A DNA stretch of 64,000 nt from Escherichia coli (lineage in GTDB: Bacteria; Pseudomonadota; Gammaproteobacteria; Enterobacterales; Enterobacteriaceae): assembly GCF_044324875.1 (NCBI RefSeq), contig NZ_CP172185.1. One strand, 5' to 3'. The position numbers were made by a program, and so were the translations under genes. Each line of letters begins with the position of its first letter. Positions within the stretch are counted from its first letter, which is position 1. The notes under the pieces were generated by a model. It was not told where the DNA came from. It did no database searches and worked only from the letters and a program-made list of their open reading frames with translations. Shown here in pieces: positions 1-9,632 of the stretch.

Positions 1-149
1 GGGTTATTGTGGAAATTCTGAAGAACGTATCTTTCGAATTCCTGCGCCTTTGATTTCAGGGTGAAAATCTTACGAATCCGCCTTCCTCCCGCCCCCTGAG
101 GCCTTACATCAACCTGATAACGTCCGTCTTTGAGTTGCTTAATCGACAT
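1..149 (-). CDS. int: P2-type tyrosine integrase, N-terminal ~49 codons only; gene continues beyond the window start
   Basis: Reverse-strand translation from ATG at 147-149 gives MSIKQLKDGRYQVDVRPQGAGGRRIRKIF..., matching the P2 Int N-terminus as I recall it (MAIKKLDDGRYEVDIRP...). Confidence 0.8.
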   Translation of the reverse strand, partial: MSIKQLKDGRYQVDVRPQGAGGRRIRKIFTLKSKAQEFERYVLQNFHNN

Positions 150-218
150 GATCAGCACCTCCGACGGATAAACCTGTTAACCCCTGCTTACTGAACGCCG
201 CCCGTTCAATATACAGCG

Positions 219-560
219 TCAGCCAGCATTGCGGCCTGATTGGGGTGATTTTTGGGTATTGCGGGTTGAAACCTGATCGTCCTCCGACTGCGTGGAGCCA
301 TCAAGAGAGAGAGCCGGGGCGATCTGACCGGCAACAGGTAGCGTCTTATCTTTGATTAGCCAGAACATATATTTTTCAAACCGATCCACTTGAAGGACGG
401 CCTCAACAATCTTTGCTCTGGCGATCTTTTGCCCTGACTCATAATTCCTGACAGTTGCCAGAGATAACCCTGTAATATCAGCAAATTGCTTTTGAGTTAG
501 CCCTTCCGTCTTGCGTATCAAACGCAACTTTTTCGCATAGTCTATTGACAAGATACTCAT
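219..560 (-). CDS. HTH (XRE-type) immunity repressor, in the position of P2 C
   Basis: 113 aa with a helix-turn-helix segment (QKQFADITGLSLATVRNYESGQ); sits between int and the divergent early operon. Confidence 0.75.
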   Translation of the reverse strand: MSILSIDYAKKLRLIRKTEGLTQKQFADITGLSLATVRNYESGQKIARAKIVEAVLQVDRFEKYMFWLIKDKTLPVAGQIAPALSLDGSTQSEDDQVSTRNTQKSPQSGRNAG

Positions 561-663
561 TTGGGGATTAATCTCCTACAAAAGATAACCGTACGATTAT
601 CTTTACAAGTCATCAAAAATCATCAAAAGGCGCAACAAGCGCACCAATGCAAGAGGATAACAA
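561..663. promoter_or_regulatory. Divergent promoter/operator region between repressor and early operon
   Basis: Palindrome AAAGATAA-N8-TTATCTTT at 581-604 and direct repeats ATCAAAA at 611-628, between divergent genes. Confidence 0.45.
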
Positions 664-1185
664 ATGCGGGAGATTATTGCCGACAAAGAGTTATCTGGCG
701 CTCAACCGGTTCAGGATGATGGCGCGGACAATGAATTCATTGAAGCTGCCAACGACAACGAACACCTGGAAACCAAAACCAGACCGTCCTACAAAAAGGG
801 CGCAACCCTACGACTGGACGGCCCAGTCGCAGGACTTGTGTCACTGGAAAAAGGGGCTGCCTATCTGGGGGTAACAAAATCTGCGCTACGCGCCGCCATT
901 CAGCGCGGGCAGATGCCGGGTCACAAAACGCGCTCAAATCCCGAAGATGAAAAGTCAGACGGTACATGGTGGTTTAACGCCAAAGCCTGGGACGAACTAG
1001 CCGACGAACTACTGGAGTGCGAACCGCCAGAGTGGCACAACTGGAAAAGCTACTGGACGTACGACCGCAAGAAAAGAAAGTTTTCACCGGCAAACAAGGA
1101 GGACTGCCAGACCGTTAAAGGTAAGCAGGTTTACTCCCCCAGAGTTTCAAAACTGGAGCAACTCAAAAACAACCAGCCCGGCTAA
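664..1185 (+). CDS. First early-operon protein with central HTH; Cox/Apl-like position but longer (173 aa)
   Basis: ORF with AGAGGA RBS; HTH-like segment LEKGAAYLGVTKSALRAAIQRG. Confidence 0.5.
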   Translation: MREIIADKELSGAQPVQDDGADNEFIEAANDNEHLETKTRPSYKKGATLRLDGPVAGLVSLEKGAAYLGVTKSALRAAIQRGQMPGHKTRSNPEDEKSDGTWWFNAKAWDELADELLECEPPEWHNWKSYWTYDRKKRKFSPANKEDCQTVKGKQVYSPRVSKLEQLKNNQPG

Positions 1186-1193
1186 ACACGAAA

Positions 1194-1400
1194 ATGACCA
1201 GCAATATCATCAATGCCGTTTTGAACATTATATTCCTGGAATTAGGCGTAGTAGTGATTTATCTGCTTGGCAAGCTAACAGGACAAAAAGAACGTTTTAT
1301 TGTCCTCAACGTTCATTACGTCGCAGCTTATTCTAAAGGGCTTTTTCCAATAGTTGTTGGCGCGGGACTTACAGCGTTTGTCATCTGGCTCATCAGGTAG
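1194..1400 (+). CDS. Small hydrophobic protein (68 aa)
   Basis: ORF with two hydrophobic stretches; no clear RBS. Confidence 0.3.
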   Translation: MTSNIINAVLNIIFLELGVVVIYLLGKLTGQKERFIVLNVHYVAAYSKGLFPIVVGAGLTAFVIWLIR

Positions 1401-1682
1401 AGGCACACAACGTAATCATTCGTAGCTATATTTCCGCAATAGTATTCAAGTAAAGGAAGACAACAACATGAAACCAAGACAAAGATTAACCTCCAGAAGT
1501 AGTGACGCATTGCACTTTAAAGCAAAAGACATAATAGCCACAACAAAGGTAGGAGCATAAGTCTATATACACTTTCAGAATTTCTATCTGGAGAGAACAT
1601 TAAAAACGGAAGAGGAAGCCAATGAGTATTTGTTATTCATGAAAGATTGCATAGAAGGAAAAATAAGCGCAGGAGATAAATA

Positions 1683-1991
1683 ATGCGAAAACATTATTCA
1701 CAGCCACATTTCCGCAACAGTGCACCACGCAGCAATAACCGCTGGAGCCTGCGCGAAACACACGCAACGCCGGGCGGTCATGCTGTAAAACAGACTGGTC
1801 AACACACCTGGCTGATTGAGCAGGCCGGACTCGTGATCCACAGATGCCACCGCAATCCGTTTACCGGAAACCGCATTTTTGCACTGAGCAGCGGCGACAA
1901 TCAGTTCGGACAGGATTTCACACTGCACGAAGCCTTGCGAACTGCCGACCGCTTAATCGAGGGGCGCAGCTTTCAGCATACCGACTACTAA
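1683..1991 (+). CDS. Hypothetical early phage protein
   Basis: 102-aa ORF, RBS GCAGGAG upstream, same strand as early operon. Confidence 0.45.
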   Translation: MRKHYSQPHFRNSAPRSNNRWSLRETHATPGGHAVKQTGQHTWLIEQAGLVIHRCHRNPFTGNRIFALSSGDNQFGQDFTLHEALRTADRLIEGRSFQHTDY

Positions 1992-2029
1992 GGCAAAAGG
2001 AGTCTTAATAAGACAGAAGAGGCAGCAAG

Positions 2030-2272
2030 ATGAAAAGAGCCTATAAAGAACTCATTAACGACGCGCTTCAGAATTACCATTACGGACTTACAAGCCGTGG
2101 CACTAACGGTGACGCTGTTTCACTTGCAGCACTGACTACAGCAATCAAGGGCCTGACCTGTTGCGCCTTTGGTTCCGGAGATAATGAAGCTCTGACGGAA
2201 TTACAGGCCATTAATAAAGACCTGTCTGAAGGAAACGTAATAACCCCCTTTGTAATTCAGGAGGAAGCATGA
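2030..2272 (+). CDS. Hypothetical early phage protein
   Basis: 80-aa ORF; stop overlaps next start (ATGA). Confidence 0.5.
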   Translation: MKRAYKELINDALQNYHYGLTSRGTNGDAVSLAALTTAIKGLTCCAFGSGDNEALTELQAINKDLSEGNVITPFVIQEEA

Positions 2273-2394
2273 GCGTATTTATGTCATGGTTAATTCTTAT
2301 CCTTGCCATTATTTGCGCTGTGGGGATTATGCGGGTAATTAACAGCATTAACACCATTGAATCGTTATTTACTGGCGATAAGCGCCGTAAATAA
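2269..2394 (+). CDS. Small membrane peptide (41 aa)
   Basis: GGAGG RBS 6 nt upstream; MSVFMSWLILILAIICAVGIM hydrophobic helix; start overlaps the previous stop. Confidence 0.4.
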   Translation: MSVFMSWLILILAIICAVGIMRVINSINTIESLFTGDKRRK

Positions 2395-2474
2395 ACAGGC
2401 GTTTAACACCAGAAACAACCAGAAACATCCGCTCACGCGGAGGGGTTGACCCGCTCAAAAAGGAGAAATCAGGA

Positions 2475-2768
2475 ATGCTTAATAATAAAAAAAACCGAAT
2501 CATTGATAACAGTGAACAGGTCAACAAAATAATCGAAGGCACAAACAAATTAATTAAGAAAAAAAACAAACTAAGCCGTGAATTAATGGAACATCCGGAA
2601 GAAATATTATTAGCCATGATGCACCAGACAGAAGCGATAGCCATCGCCCTTGCCGTGCAGGCGCTTTCTGAGTTCCGGGAAGAAAACATCAGGCTGGCTC
2701 AGGAGCTGAAAAACCTCAGACGTCAGCTTCAGAGCACTGAGGCTGGCACGTCATCACGAATACACTGA
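2475..2768 (+). CDS. Hypothetical protein, Lys-rich N-terminus
   Basis: 97-aa ORF with AAGGAG RBS; AT-rich patch. Confidence 0.5.
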   Translation: MLNNKKNRIIDNSEQVNKIIEGTNKLIKKKNKLSRELMEHPEEILLAMMHQTEAIAIALAVQALSEFREENIRLAQELKNLRRQLQSTEAGTSSRIH

Positions 2769-2778
2769 GGGCCACACC

Positions 2779-2988
2779 ATGACTGCAATTCTGAGAAGAC
2801 GCAATAAAACGCTTTTTACCGATACATCCGGGATGGAATACGAAGTGGAAAGCAGTGTCATCGCCACCACCACCCGATGCCCGGCAGGTGACGAACTGAT
2901 TTACGTCCACCTGACGGACGGGTCACAGATAACCGTCCTGACAGAGTCATGGCGCGAACTCGAGATAATAAGCGAGGTAAGAACATGA
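2779..2988 (+). CDS. Hypothetical early phage protein
   Basis: 69-aa ORF translationally coupled to the next gene (ATGA). Confidence 0.45.
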   Translation: MTAILRRRNKTLFTDTSGMEYEVESSVIATTTRCPAGDELIYVHLTDGSQITVLTESWRELEIISEVRT

Positions 2989-3197
2989 GCAGCAAACACG
3001 ATACCAACGCACGCAGACCAGGCAAAGAGGCGCGTCACCATATCGCCGTAATGCGCAACCTGCTTATGAGTGAAATCGACGATTTTGTGGCAGGCCTGGG
3101 GCAACCGGGCGAACCAGCAACACCAGGCCAGATACACAGGGAATTACGCCGCCGCGTGGAAAACGTCGTGGATTACGTCATAAACCCGAACGACTGA
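2985..3197 (+). CDS. Hypothetical early phage protein
   Basis: 70-aa ORF with GAGG RBS. Confidence 0.45.
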   Translation: MSSKHDTNARRPGKEARHHIAVMRNLLMSEIDDFVAGLGQPGEPATPGQIHRELRRRVENVVDYVINPND

Positions 3198-3236
3198 CGG
3201 GAACATGGCGAGCGTCAGATGACACACGCAGGGCAC

Positions 3237-3719
3237 TTATCGGGAAAAACCGATCGTAATGGCAGCCATCATCTTTTCAGCGAAAGAGAGAGATTCACGA
3301 TGACTGATATTCAGAGACATACAGGCTTTGTTGTACGCCACATTTTCCATGCATTCCAGGACAGGAGAGTCATGCATCTCAAGCTCTGGAAGGCGTGCCA
3401 GCAGAGCTTCCGTACTGAGGAGGGCGCTTTTGGTAATCAACTCATTGTAGCGATGGGCATGCTCACTCGCCGCCTGCGCACGTTGCCCGAAACGACATAT
3501 GAAATTACAGGCTCCGAGAACCACCACCACTGCCCCAAGCACCCAGCCGAAATGCCAGCCGGCTACGATGAACGCACCCGCCGCAAGGATCAAAATGTTG
3601 ATGATCGCATCAAGGCGACGATTGAATACCGCCGCGATGCGCTCCAGCCAGTAGCTGTACCAGAGACGGAACATGACCTCATCCCGTTCTCTCGATTTTT
3701 TACGTTGGTTGTTTTGCAT
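3237..3719 (-). CDS. Antisense-oriented two-TM membrane protein (160 aa); candidate moron
   Basis: Basic N-terminus (RKKSRER), two adjacent hydrophobic helices (IINILILAAGAFIVAGW / WVLGAVVVVLGACNFI), GAGGGA RBS; a competing plus-strand ORF 3219-3854 overlaps it. Confidence 0.4.
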   Translation of the reverse strand: MQNNQRKKSRERDEVMFRLWYSYWLERIAAVFNRRLDAIINILILAAGAFIVAGWHFGWVLGAVVVVLGACNFICRFGQRAQAASEHAHRYNELITKSALLSTEALLARLPELEMHDSPVLECMENVAYNKACMSLNISHRESLSFAEKMMAAITIGFSR

Positions 3720-3953
3720 GGTGTTTTATCCCTCATCGTCATCGCTCTGCCCCTAATCAGCGCAGAGTGCAGGGTAACCTGGCTCGTGGAATTTTTGCAG
3801 CCAGACATCTTTACCCCCGGGCGTGTTGAACAAAGTGTCCGCCAGATCCACTGAACGGCGGATTCATCAATGCTAACACGCCCTTCTTTTCCGGTTGAAG
3901 GCGAAAAAACCGGACCATTACCCCGACACAAAACAGAACAACGGAGAACAACT

Positions 3954-4508
3954 ATGCCCGCACTTAAACCTATGGGTGTATCAGGTGTACCACCGAAGCA
4001 TGTCAGAGCCTGGACACAACAGGAAGATGCTCTACTGGTCGGTTTATACCCCTCCCACACCGTACCAGAACTGACAAAACACTTTCAGAGAACCGGGCCA
4101 GCAATACGAAGCCGCATCCGTCTTTTGCTCTCTCAGGGGGTTATCCACACCAAACAACCCCCCCTGAATACAAAAGAACTCAACACGCTCATCAGGAATC
4201 GCCACACAAAAACCATCCGGGAACTCGCGAATGAACTGGGGCGCTCGACATCCACGGTGGGACTGAACCTGAGAAAAAGAGGGTACCGGTTCAGGAAATA
4301 CGGGGAACTCCACCACAGAGCCAGATACAGCGATCACCTGGTGGAGTTGGTAACTGAACTGCGCGATGAACAGGGGATGACATTCAGCGAAATCAGAAAG
4401 TACATCCGGGACATGGCCGGGATATCCCTTAAAAGATGGGTCCTCGCCCGGCTTTACGCACGATATACCGCCGCTGACACCGTGCTTTGCGAACTGCTAC
4501 CGGACTGA
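3954..4508 (+). CDS. DNA-binding protein with three tandem HTH-like repeats
   Basis: GGAGA RBS before ATG at 3954; three repeated helix-turn-helix-like segments. Confidence 0.55.
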   Translation: MPALKPMGVSGVPPKHVRAWTQQEDALLVGLYPSHTVPELTKHFQRTGPAIRSRIRLLLSQGVIHTKQPPLNTKELNTLIRNRHTKTIRELANELGRSTSTVGLNLRKRGYRFRKYGELHHRARYSDHLVELVTELRDEQGMTFSEIRKYIRDMAGISLKRWVLARLYARYTAADTVLCELLPD

Positions 4509-4828
4509 GTAACCACTATGCACACACAAAAAAACCGCTTGCCATGCCGCAATCAGTCAGGTTACATTTCCGCTGCACCTCATAAAACGGGTGCCGGGAT
4601 TGCAACCCCCGCTGACAACTACAGCGCACAACCGCGCCAGCGGTTTTTTTGTGCGTACCGTATCGCCACGTCTTTTTCGCGCCAGAATTATGGCGGGGCG
4701 TATGGGGCCGACTTCGGTCGGGCCGGTTTCTGTAGTTGCCGGTGGTTGCAACCCTGTACGTCTCGCCACCCAGAATTGCAACCTCTGGATGGTGAGTTTT
4801 CAAAACTTGCAACTACAGAGGCCACACC

Positions 4829-5053
4829 ATGGCAAACCGCAAACAACAGCGCGCATACGCTGCGCGTCGTCACATCCAGACTGAAATCAACCGCAGACTT
4901 TTCCGCGCATTCCGCGTCGCGCATATCATGCACATCAATATGCTGCATGAGCGCAGCCACGCACTGTCAAACATGTATTCCGCCGCTGTATTCAGCTACC
5001 TGGCGGATGACCTGCGCGAGCTGCAGGACCTCATTAACCAGCACCACCACTAA
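4829..5053 (+). CDS. Small hypothetical protein (74 aa)
   Basis: ORF immediately after a TTGCAAC repeat cluster; weak RBS. Confidence 0.3.
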   Translation: MANRKQQRAYAARRHIQTEINRRLFRAFRVAHIMHINMLHERSHALSNMYSAAVFSYLADDLRELQDLINQHHH

Positions 5054-5121
5054 TCAACATCCCGGAGCCATCCCGCCCCCGTACGCGGGAGGCTTCCGCA
5101 CGTCCGTTTCCGGAGGTTCTC

Positions 5122-5535
5122 ATGAAGAGCGTTAAGGGACTTTCAGATATTCAGGATTTTTTTAACTGGATGTGGGCGGTGGATCCACGCCTCGCTTCCC
5201 GTCTCAATGACCTGCACGACTATTACCGCCGCGCCTGTAAACAGGCAGCCCGCAGCGCTGCCACATACGGGGATTTTTCCTTCACCGTTGACGACCGTTA
5301 CCGCGTGGATGTCAGAGACCAGAACCACAGCCTGGAGCTGGGCCTGTTCCACATCAACGGGTGCGACAGCAGCGTTATCAGCTGGTCATCGTCAGAAATG
5401 GTGCTCGTTCTGGAAATGACCACCCACAGCGTGGTCGTGAAAGGGATTAAAACAGCAGAAGACTTTATCGCTGAATACCAGCGCCTTCTTGTGCTGTACC
5501 GGGCTGCATTTCAGAAGGCAACAGCAGGGGAGTAA
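5122..5535 (+). CDS. Hypothetical protein upstream of the replication gene
   Basis: 137-aa ORF with GGAGG RBS. Confidence 0.5.
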   Translation: MKSVKGLSDIQDFFNWMWAVDPRLASRLNDLHDYYRRACKQAARSAATYGDFSFTVDDRYRVDVRDQNHSLELGLFHINGCDSSVISWSSSEMVLVLEMTTHSVVVKGIKTAEDFIAEYQRLLVLYRAAFQKATAGE

Positions 5536-5540
5536 GCGGA

Positions 5541-8051
5541 ATGAGCCATCACCACACGCACCTGGCGTACCCGTGGAACGCCCCGCTGCCGGTTATTGAT
5601 CCTGAGACATTCGGCAGAGCATTACCGCAGAAGCCAACCGCATTACAACGGGCAATCCGTGACTACCTCACCGAAGACATTCGCACTGAGGCCCGGCTGG
5701 ATGAAGAAACCGTGGCCTTCCTGACAACCACGGACAAAGGTAAGCAAATTAATTCACACCTTCACCGGGACGAAGAGCGGCAGATAAGGCTGGATAAGCT
5801 GGCACGACACAGACGCGAAAATCCGCCAACGGCGGTATCGGAGGCGATAGCCGAACTTCGCACCCTGCCCTCGTTTCTTGCCAGTGTGTTGATCCGTGAT
5901 CTGGCACGACTGAACCGGAAACAGCAAAGTGCCCGCAGTGAAGGTGTAAAAAACAACAGCGCATACGTGGCCGATAATTTCGTTCGCCGTGGACTGCGTG
6001 CGCGCCTGAAACGTATTGAAAGGGTTAACGACCGCTTTGCAACGCCGGCATTCAAAACCACCGTCGTGCGCCATCGCCTTGAAGAACTGCTCACACTGCC
6101 GCAACTCACCCGTGACGAAATCCAGCGCATCGCCACACTGACAGCCCAGGCATTCGCCGCAGAATTTGAACGCATATGTGATGAAGTTCTTGAACGGACA
6201 GGCAAGGATAATGACAGCCCGGTTATCTGGCTGCTGGCCTACCAGAAGGTGGCACGCACAGCCTTAATTCTGGGCATGGTCCCGCCATACTGGCCGGAAC
6301 TCGAAATCAGGCACAACCGACGCACACCGCCGGACCCTGAACGGGTTCCGGGTGCGGTACTGCGCATCACCTGCGCGACCTGGTGGAACAACCAGTTACG
6401 CCACGTCGCCGATCTCTGGCGGGAGGAGTTACTGCGCGCCGCCGGCAGAGTGTCACGTAAACAATCCCCCTATATCAGCCATGAGTCACTACTGGAGTTC
6501 CGCGAGAAGCGCCAGCGCACCTGTGACTTTCTCAAAAGCTGGGATATTGAAAACGAAGACGGCGAGCGCCTGAGTCTGGAGGACGTGTACTGGGCTGGCC
6601 TGGGTAATCCACGCAACCGCCGCAATGAAATGATGGTCTGCGTCAGAGGGATGGAGATGGTGGCCGAATTACGGGCTGACGTCGCATTCTTCATCACAGT
6701 AACCACCCCTTCCCGCTTTCACAGCGTGAACGAGAACGGCAGCCTGAACCCGAAATACAACGGTGCCACAGTACGAGATGCCAGTGATTATCTGGTTTAC
6801 GACTTCTTCGCAGCCGTAAGAAAAAAAATAAAAAAAGAGGGGCTGGGCTGGTACGGCGTGCGAACCGCTGAGCCACACCATGACGGCACGCCACACTGGC
6901 ATATGCTGGTATTCACTTCCCCGGAGAACGCAGAGCGCATCATCGAAATTATGCGCGAAGCAGCAATTAAATCAGATCGCCACGAACTGGGGGACGATAT
7001 TTCACCGCGCTTTAAATGCGAGAAGATAGACCCGGAAAAAGGCACACCGGCAAGCTATATCGCAACCTATATCGGTAAGAACCTGGACGCCAGCGCTTTC
7101 CACAACAATGATCCGAAAACCGGAAAACCTTACGTTGATGAGGAATCCGGGAAAACCATGGCGGAAACCGTGGAGAACGCCATTGCCTGGGCAAGCCTTC
7201 ACCGCATCCGTCAGTTCCAGTTTTTCGGCATTCCGCCCCGCCAGGTATGGCGTGAACTCCGCCGCCTTGCAAGCCAGATGGAGCGCAACCCGGCATCACC
7301 GAAGCACCTCGATCATGACGATATTGACGCCATTATGGCTGCCGCAGATGTGGGATGTTTTGCCACCTACATCATGAAACAGGGTGGTGTGCTCATTCCG
7401 CGCAACCAGTATCTGGTCCGCACCGCATACGAAACCGCAGACGAAGCCAACGACTACGGTGAATTCCCTCAACGTATCTACGGAATCTGCGCCCCGTCGC
7501 TCGGAGAGCGGTACACCATATGCACCCATCCGGACGAGTGGAAACTGGTTAAAAAAGAAACAATACCAGACAACCGCACGGGCGAGGGTTTTGACCTTCA
7601 GGGCGACCCCGTCGCCCCTTGGACTCGTGGCAATAACTGTCCCCGGGATGAAAAAACAGACAATCACGGACCAGAAAACAGGCAGGACCCCGGACGACTG
7701 ACGCTTCCCGAAGAGAACCTGGAAAGCTGGCTGAATACGTTAAGCAGGGGCGATCGGAGAAAACTGCGTAATCAGATTAAAAATCAGCCGTCGGGCGCAA
7801 AAACCGGACAAAACGACACCACACCGGCATCTGACACCCCTGTAAGGGTGGGGATTGTCGTGCCTGCGGATACCGCGACGGACACGCAAATCGCCCGCGA
7901 ACTTGATGCGCTGGGTGTGCAGTTGCCTGACGCGGCCATCATCTCCGTGCGTAACGGTGCCCGTGTGCGTCTGGATAACGGGGGAACAGCGTACTGGGAT
8001 GAGTCAGCCCGTCACATCATCACAGAGCAGCCAGTGGAGGCGGGAGCATGA
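5541..8051 (+). CDS. A: P2 gpA-like rolling-circle replication initiator (HUH endonuclease)
   Basis: 836 aa; HxH motif context TPHWHMLVF; position and size match the P2 A family. Confidence 0.85.
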   Translation: MSHHHTHLAYPWNAPLPVIDPETFGRALPQKPTALQRAIRDYLTEDIRTEARLDEETVAFLTTTDKGKQINSHLHRDEERQIRLDKLARHRRENPPTAVSEAIAELRTLPSFLASVLIRDLARLNRKQQSARSEGVKNNSAYVADNFVRRGLRARLKRIERVNDRFATPAFKTTVVRHRLEELLTLPQLTRDEIQRIATLTAQAFAAEFERICDEVLERTGKDNDSPVIWLLAYQKVARTALILGMVPPYWPELEIRHNRRTPPDPERVPGAVLRITCATWWNNQLRHVADLWREELLRAAGRVSRKQSPYISHESLLEFREKRQRTCDFLKSWDIENEDGERLSLEDVYWAGLGNPRNRRNEMMVCVRGMEMVAELRADVAFFITVTTPSRFHSVNENGSLNPKYNGATVRDASDYLVYDFFAAVRKKIKKEGLGWYGVRTAEPHHDGTPHWHMLVFTSPENAERIIEIMREAAIKSDRHELGDDISPRFKCEKIDPEKGTPASYIATYIGKNLDASAFHNNDPKTGKPYVDEESGKTMAETVENAIAWASLHRIRQFQFFGIPPRQVWRELRRLASQMERNPASPKHLDHDDIDAIMAAADVGCFATYIMKQGGVLIPRNQYLVRTAYETADEANDYGEFPQRIYGICAPSLGERYTICTHPDEWKLVKKETIPDNRTGEGFDLQGDPVAPWTRGNNCPRDEKTDNHGPENRQDPGRLTLPEENLESWLNTLSRGDRRKLRNQIKNQPSGAKTGQNDTTPASDTPVRVGIVVPADTATDTQIARELDALGVQLPDAAIISVRNGARVRLDNGGTAYWDESARHIITEQPVEAGA

Positions 8052-8479
8052 CGCGATTTTGCTGCACCATGCAGCGCCCACAGTTTGAGGCCATCATGCG
8101 CCAGCGTATGCCGGTGCTGACACTGTTCAGGCCTGCCACAAGGCCACAACCGGGCGACGAGCTGGAAATCACGATAGTCAGCCCCGATCGCACCACGGAG
8201 ACCACCATCGCCGACATACTCAACAGGCGGCCGGGCAGCGAGAGCCATAGCTGGACTGTCGTCATTCGTCCGCGCCGTTCGCCGGAGGAACCGGAGCCGT
8301 GCACGCCTGCCGGGAAAATCATGCAGAGATATCACGAAGAGCGGACACGCAGGCACAACGGCGGACTGGCCAGAACACTGAACACAGTCAATCACAAGGC
8401 CGCGCTGGCGCGAATGGTCTTTTCACCACAACGCAATTCATTCGCCAGACCAGCACAGAACGGGAGGAAACAACAGTGA
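8048..8479 (+). CDS. Hypothetical cargo protein, first gene of the accessory operon
   Basis: 143-aa ORF, start overlaps A stop (ATGA), GGAGG RBS. Confidence 0.5.
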   Translation: MTRFCCTMQRPQFEAIMRQRMPVLTLFRPATRPQPGDELEITIVSPDRTTETTIADILNRRPGSESHSWTVVIRPRRSPEEPEPCTPAGKIMQRYHEERTRRHNGGLARTLNTVNHKAALARMVFSPQRNSFARPAQNGRKQQ

Positions 8480-8670
8480 GCAGAATATTACTTTTTCTGC
8501 TGTTTTTCGCGCCATTCGCACAATCAGCCACGCCGAACTGCGTAGCGAAAAAGAGCAACACCGTTGTCATTGTCCAGTGTGATGACGGCACGGTAACAAT
8601 CACCGACTCGAGCAAAGGAAGCGTCATTGTCTGCCGTAAAGAGAAACCCTGTCAGCGAACCGAACTTTGA
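8476..8670 (+). CDS. Small secreted Cys-containing protein (64 aa, GTG start)
   Basis: GGGAGG RBS; signal-peptide-like N-terminus ILLFLLFFAPFAQSA; four Cys in the mature part. Confidence 0.45.
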   Translation: MSRILLFLLFFAPFAQSATPNCVAKKSNTVVIVQCDDGTVTITDSSKGSVIVCRKEKPCQRTEL

Positions 8671-8681
8671 AGGAAAAATAT

Positions 8682-8761
8682 ATGAACAGGAAACAGAAGC
8701 AGGAACTGAAAGGCTTCTTACGTAAAGAAATTGCCAGGCTGGAAGATGTGGAATCTCAGTC
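8682..8761 (+). pseudogene. 5' part of a cargo gene split by the IS insertion
   Basis: AAGGA RBS and ATG at 8682; reading frame runs into the IS end at 8762. Confidence 0.6.
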
Positions 8762-8860
8762 TGCGTATTCCGCTCTATTCGATCACGGATTGGCATCGAA
8801 GTCCGATCAGCGATTCGCATCCATTCGATCAACCGGGAACTTAACTTTTTCTACCGCTTT

Positions 8861-9616
8861 TTAACGCGTTTTTTCGCTGCTTTCCACTACCGGGGGATTT
8901 TTCCTCAGTGACTCTCCCTGAAGGACCACTCGGTGTGAGTTATGTACCAGTCTGTCCAGGATGGCATCTGCTGTTGTTGGGTTCTCCATCAGACCATGCC
9001 ATTTATCTACCGGGAACTGGCTTACCACTATCGTGCTGCTTTGTCCGTAACGATCCTCTATGAGCTCCAGAAGGTCATTACACTGGGCGTTACTTAACTG
9101 TTCCAGCCCCAGATCGTCCAGGATTAGAACCTGTATTTTTTGCAACTGTTTCAGATATTTCAGCCAGCTGCCATCAACACGTCCCTGAGCCAGTTGTTCC
9201 AGTAATCGCCCGGTTCTACAGTACCGGACGCTGTGTTTCTGTCGACATGCCTGTTCGCCCAGCGCATTGGCTATCCAGCTCTTGCCACATCCTGTCGGAC
9301 CGGTTATCAGCAGGTTTTTCCTGTGGGTTATGTAGTGGCCGTTCAGCAGTTCTCTCATCTGTTCAGCCCGCAGACCTCTTGAGGCCGGATAGCGCAGCCC
9401 TTCCGGTGTTGCCTGGTATTTCAGGCCGGCATTTTTTCTCAACCGTGCCACACGGCTGTTTTCCCTGCTCAGAAGCTCGTCATCAACCAGCAGCGTCAGC
9501 CTTTCCTCGAACGACAGTTCGTCGTAGGTCTGAGGCGTTTCCCGCTGCCGTATCAGGCTCCCGGCCATCGCCGGGAGTTTCAGTTGGGTCAGTTTGTTTA
9601 ACAGGTTATCACTCAT
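8861..9616 (-). CDS. istB: IS21-family helper ATPase IstB
   Basis: Walker A GPTGCGKS; start taken at MSDNLLNKL. Confidence 0.85.
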   Translation of the reverse strand: MSDNLLNKLTQLKLPAMAGSLIRQRETPQTYDELSFEERLTLLVDDELLSRENSRVARLRKNAGLKYQATPEGLRYPASRGLRAEQMRELLNGHYITHRKNLLITGPTGCGKSWIANALGEQACRQKHSVRYCRTGRLLEQLAQGRVDGSWLKYLKQLQKIQVLILDDLGLEQLSNAQCNDLLELIEDRYGQSSTIVVSQFPVDKWHGLMENPTTADAILDRLVHNSHRVVLQGESLRKNPPVVESSEKTR

Positions 9617-9632
9617 ACTGTTGTTCCTTCTG

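Noticed and set aside
4518-5135. 205-aa plus-strand ORF
   Set aside because: Spans the TTGCAAC repeat and hairpin region and reads through the more plausible 74-aa and 137-aa ORFs; Ser/Cys/Thr-rich low-complexity translation.
8012-8395. 127-aa minus-strand ORF
   Set aside because: Antisense to the end of gene A and the first cargo gene, which have RBSs and operon coupling.
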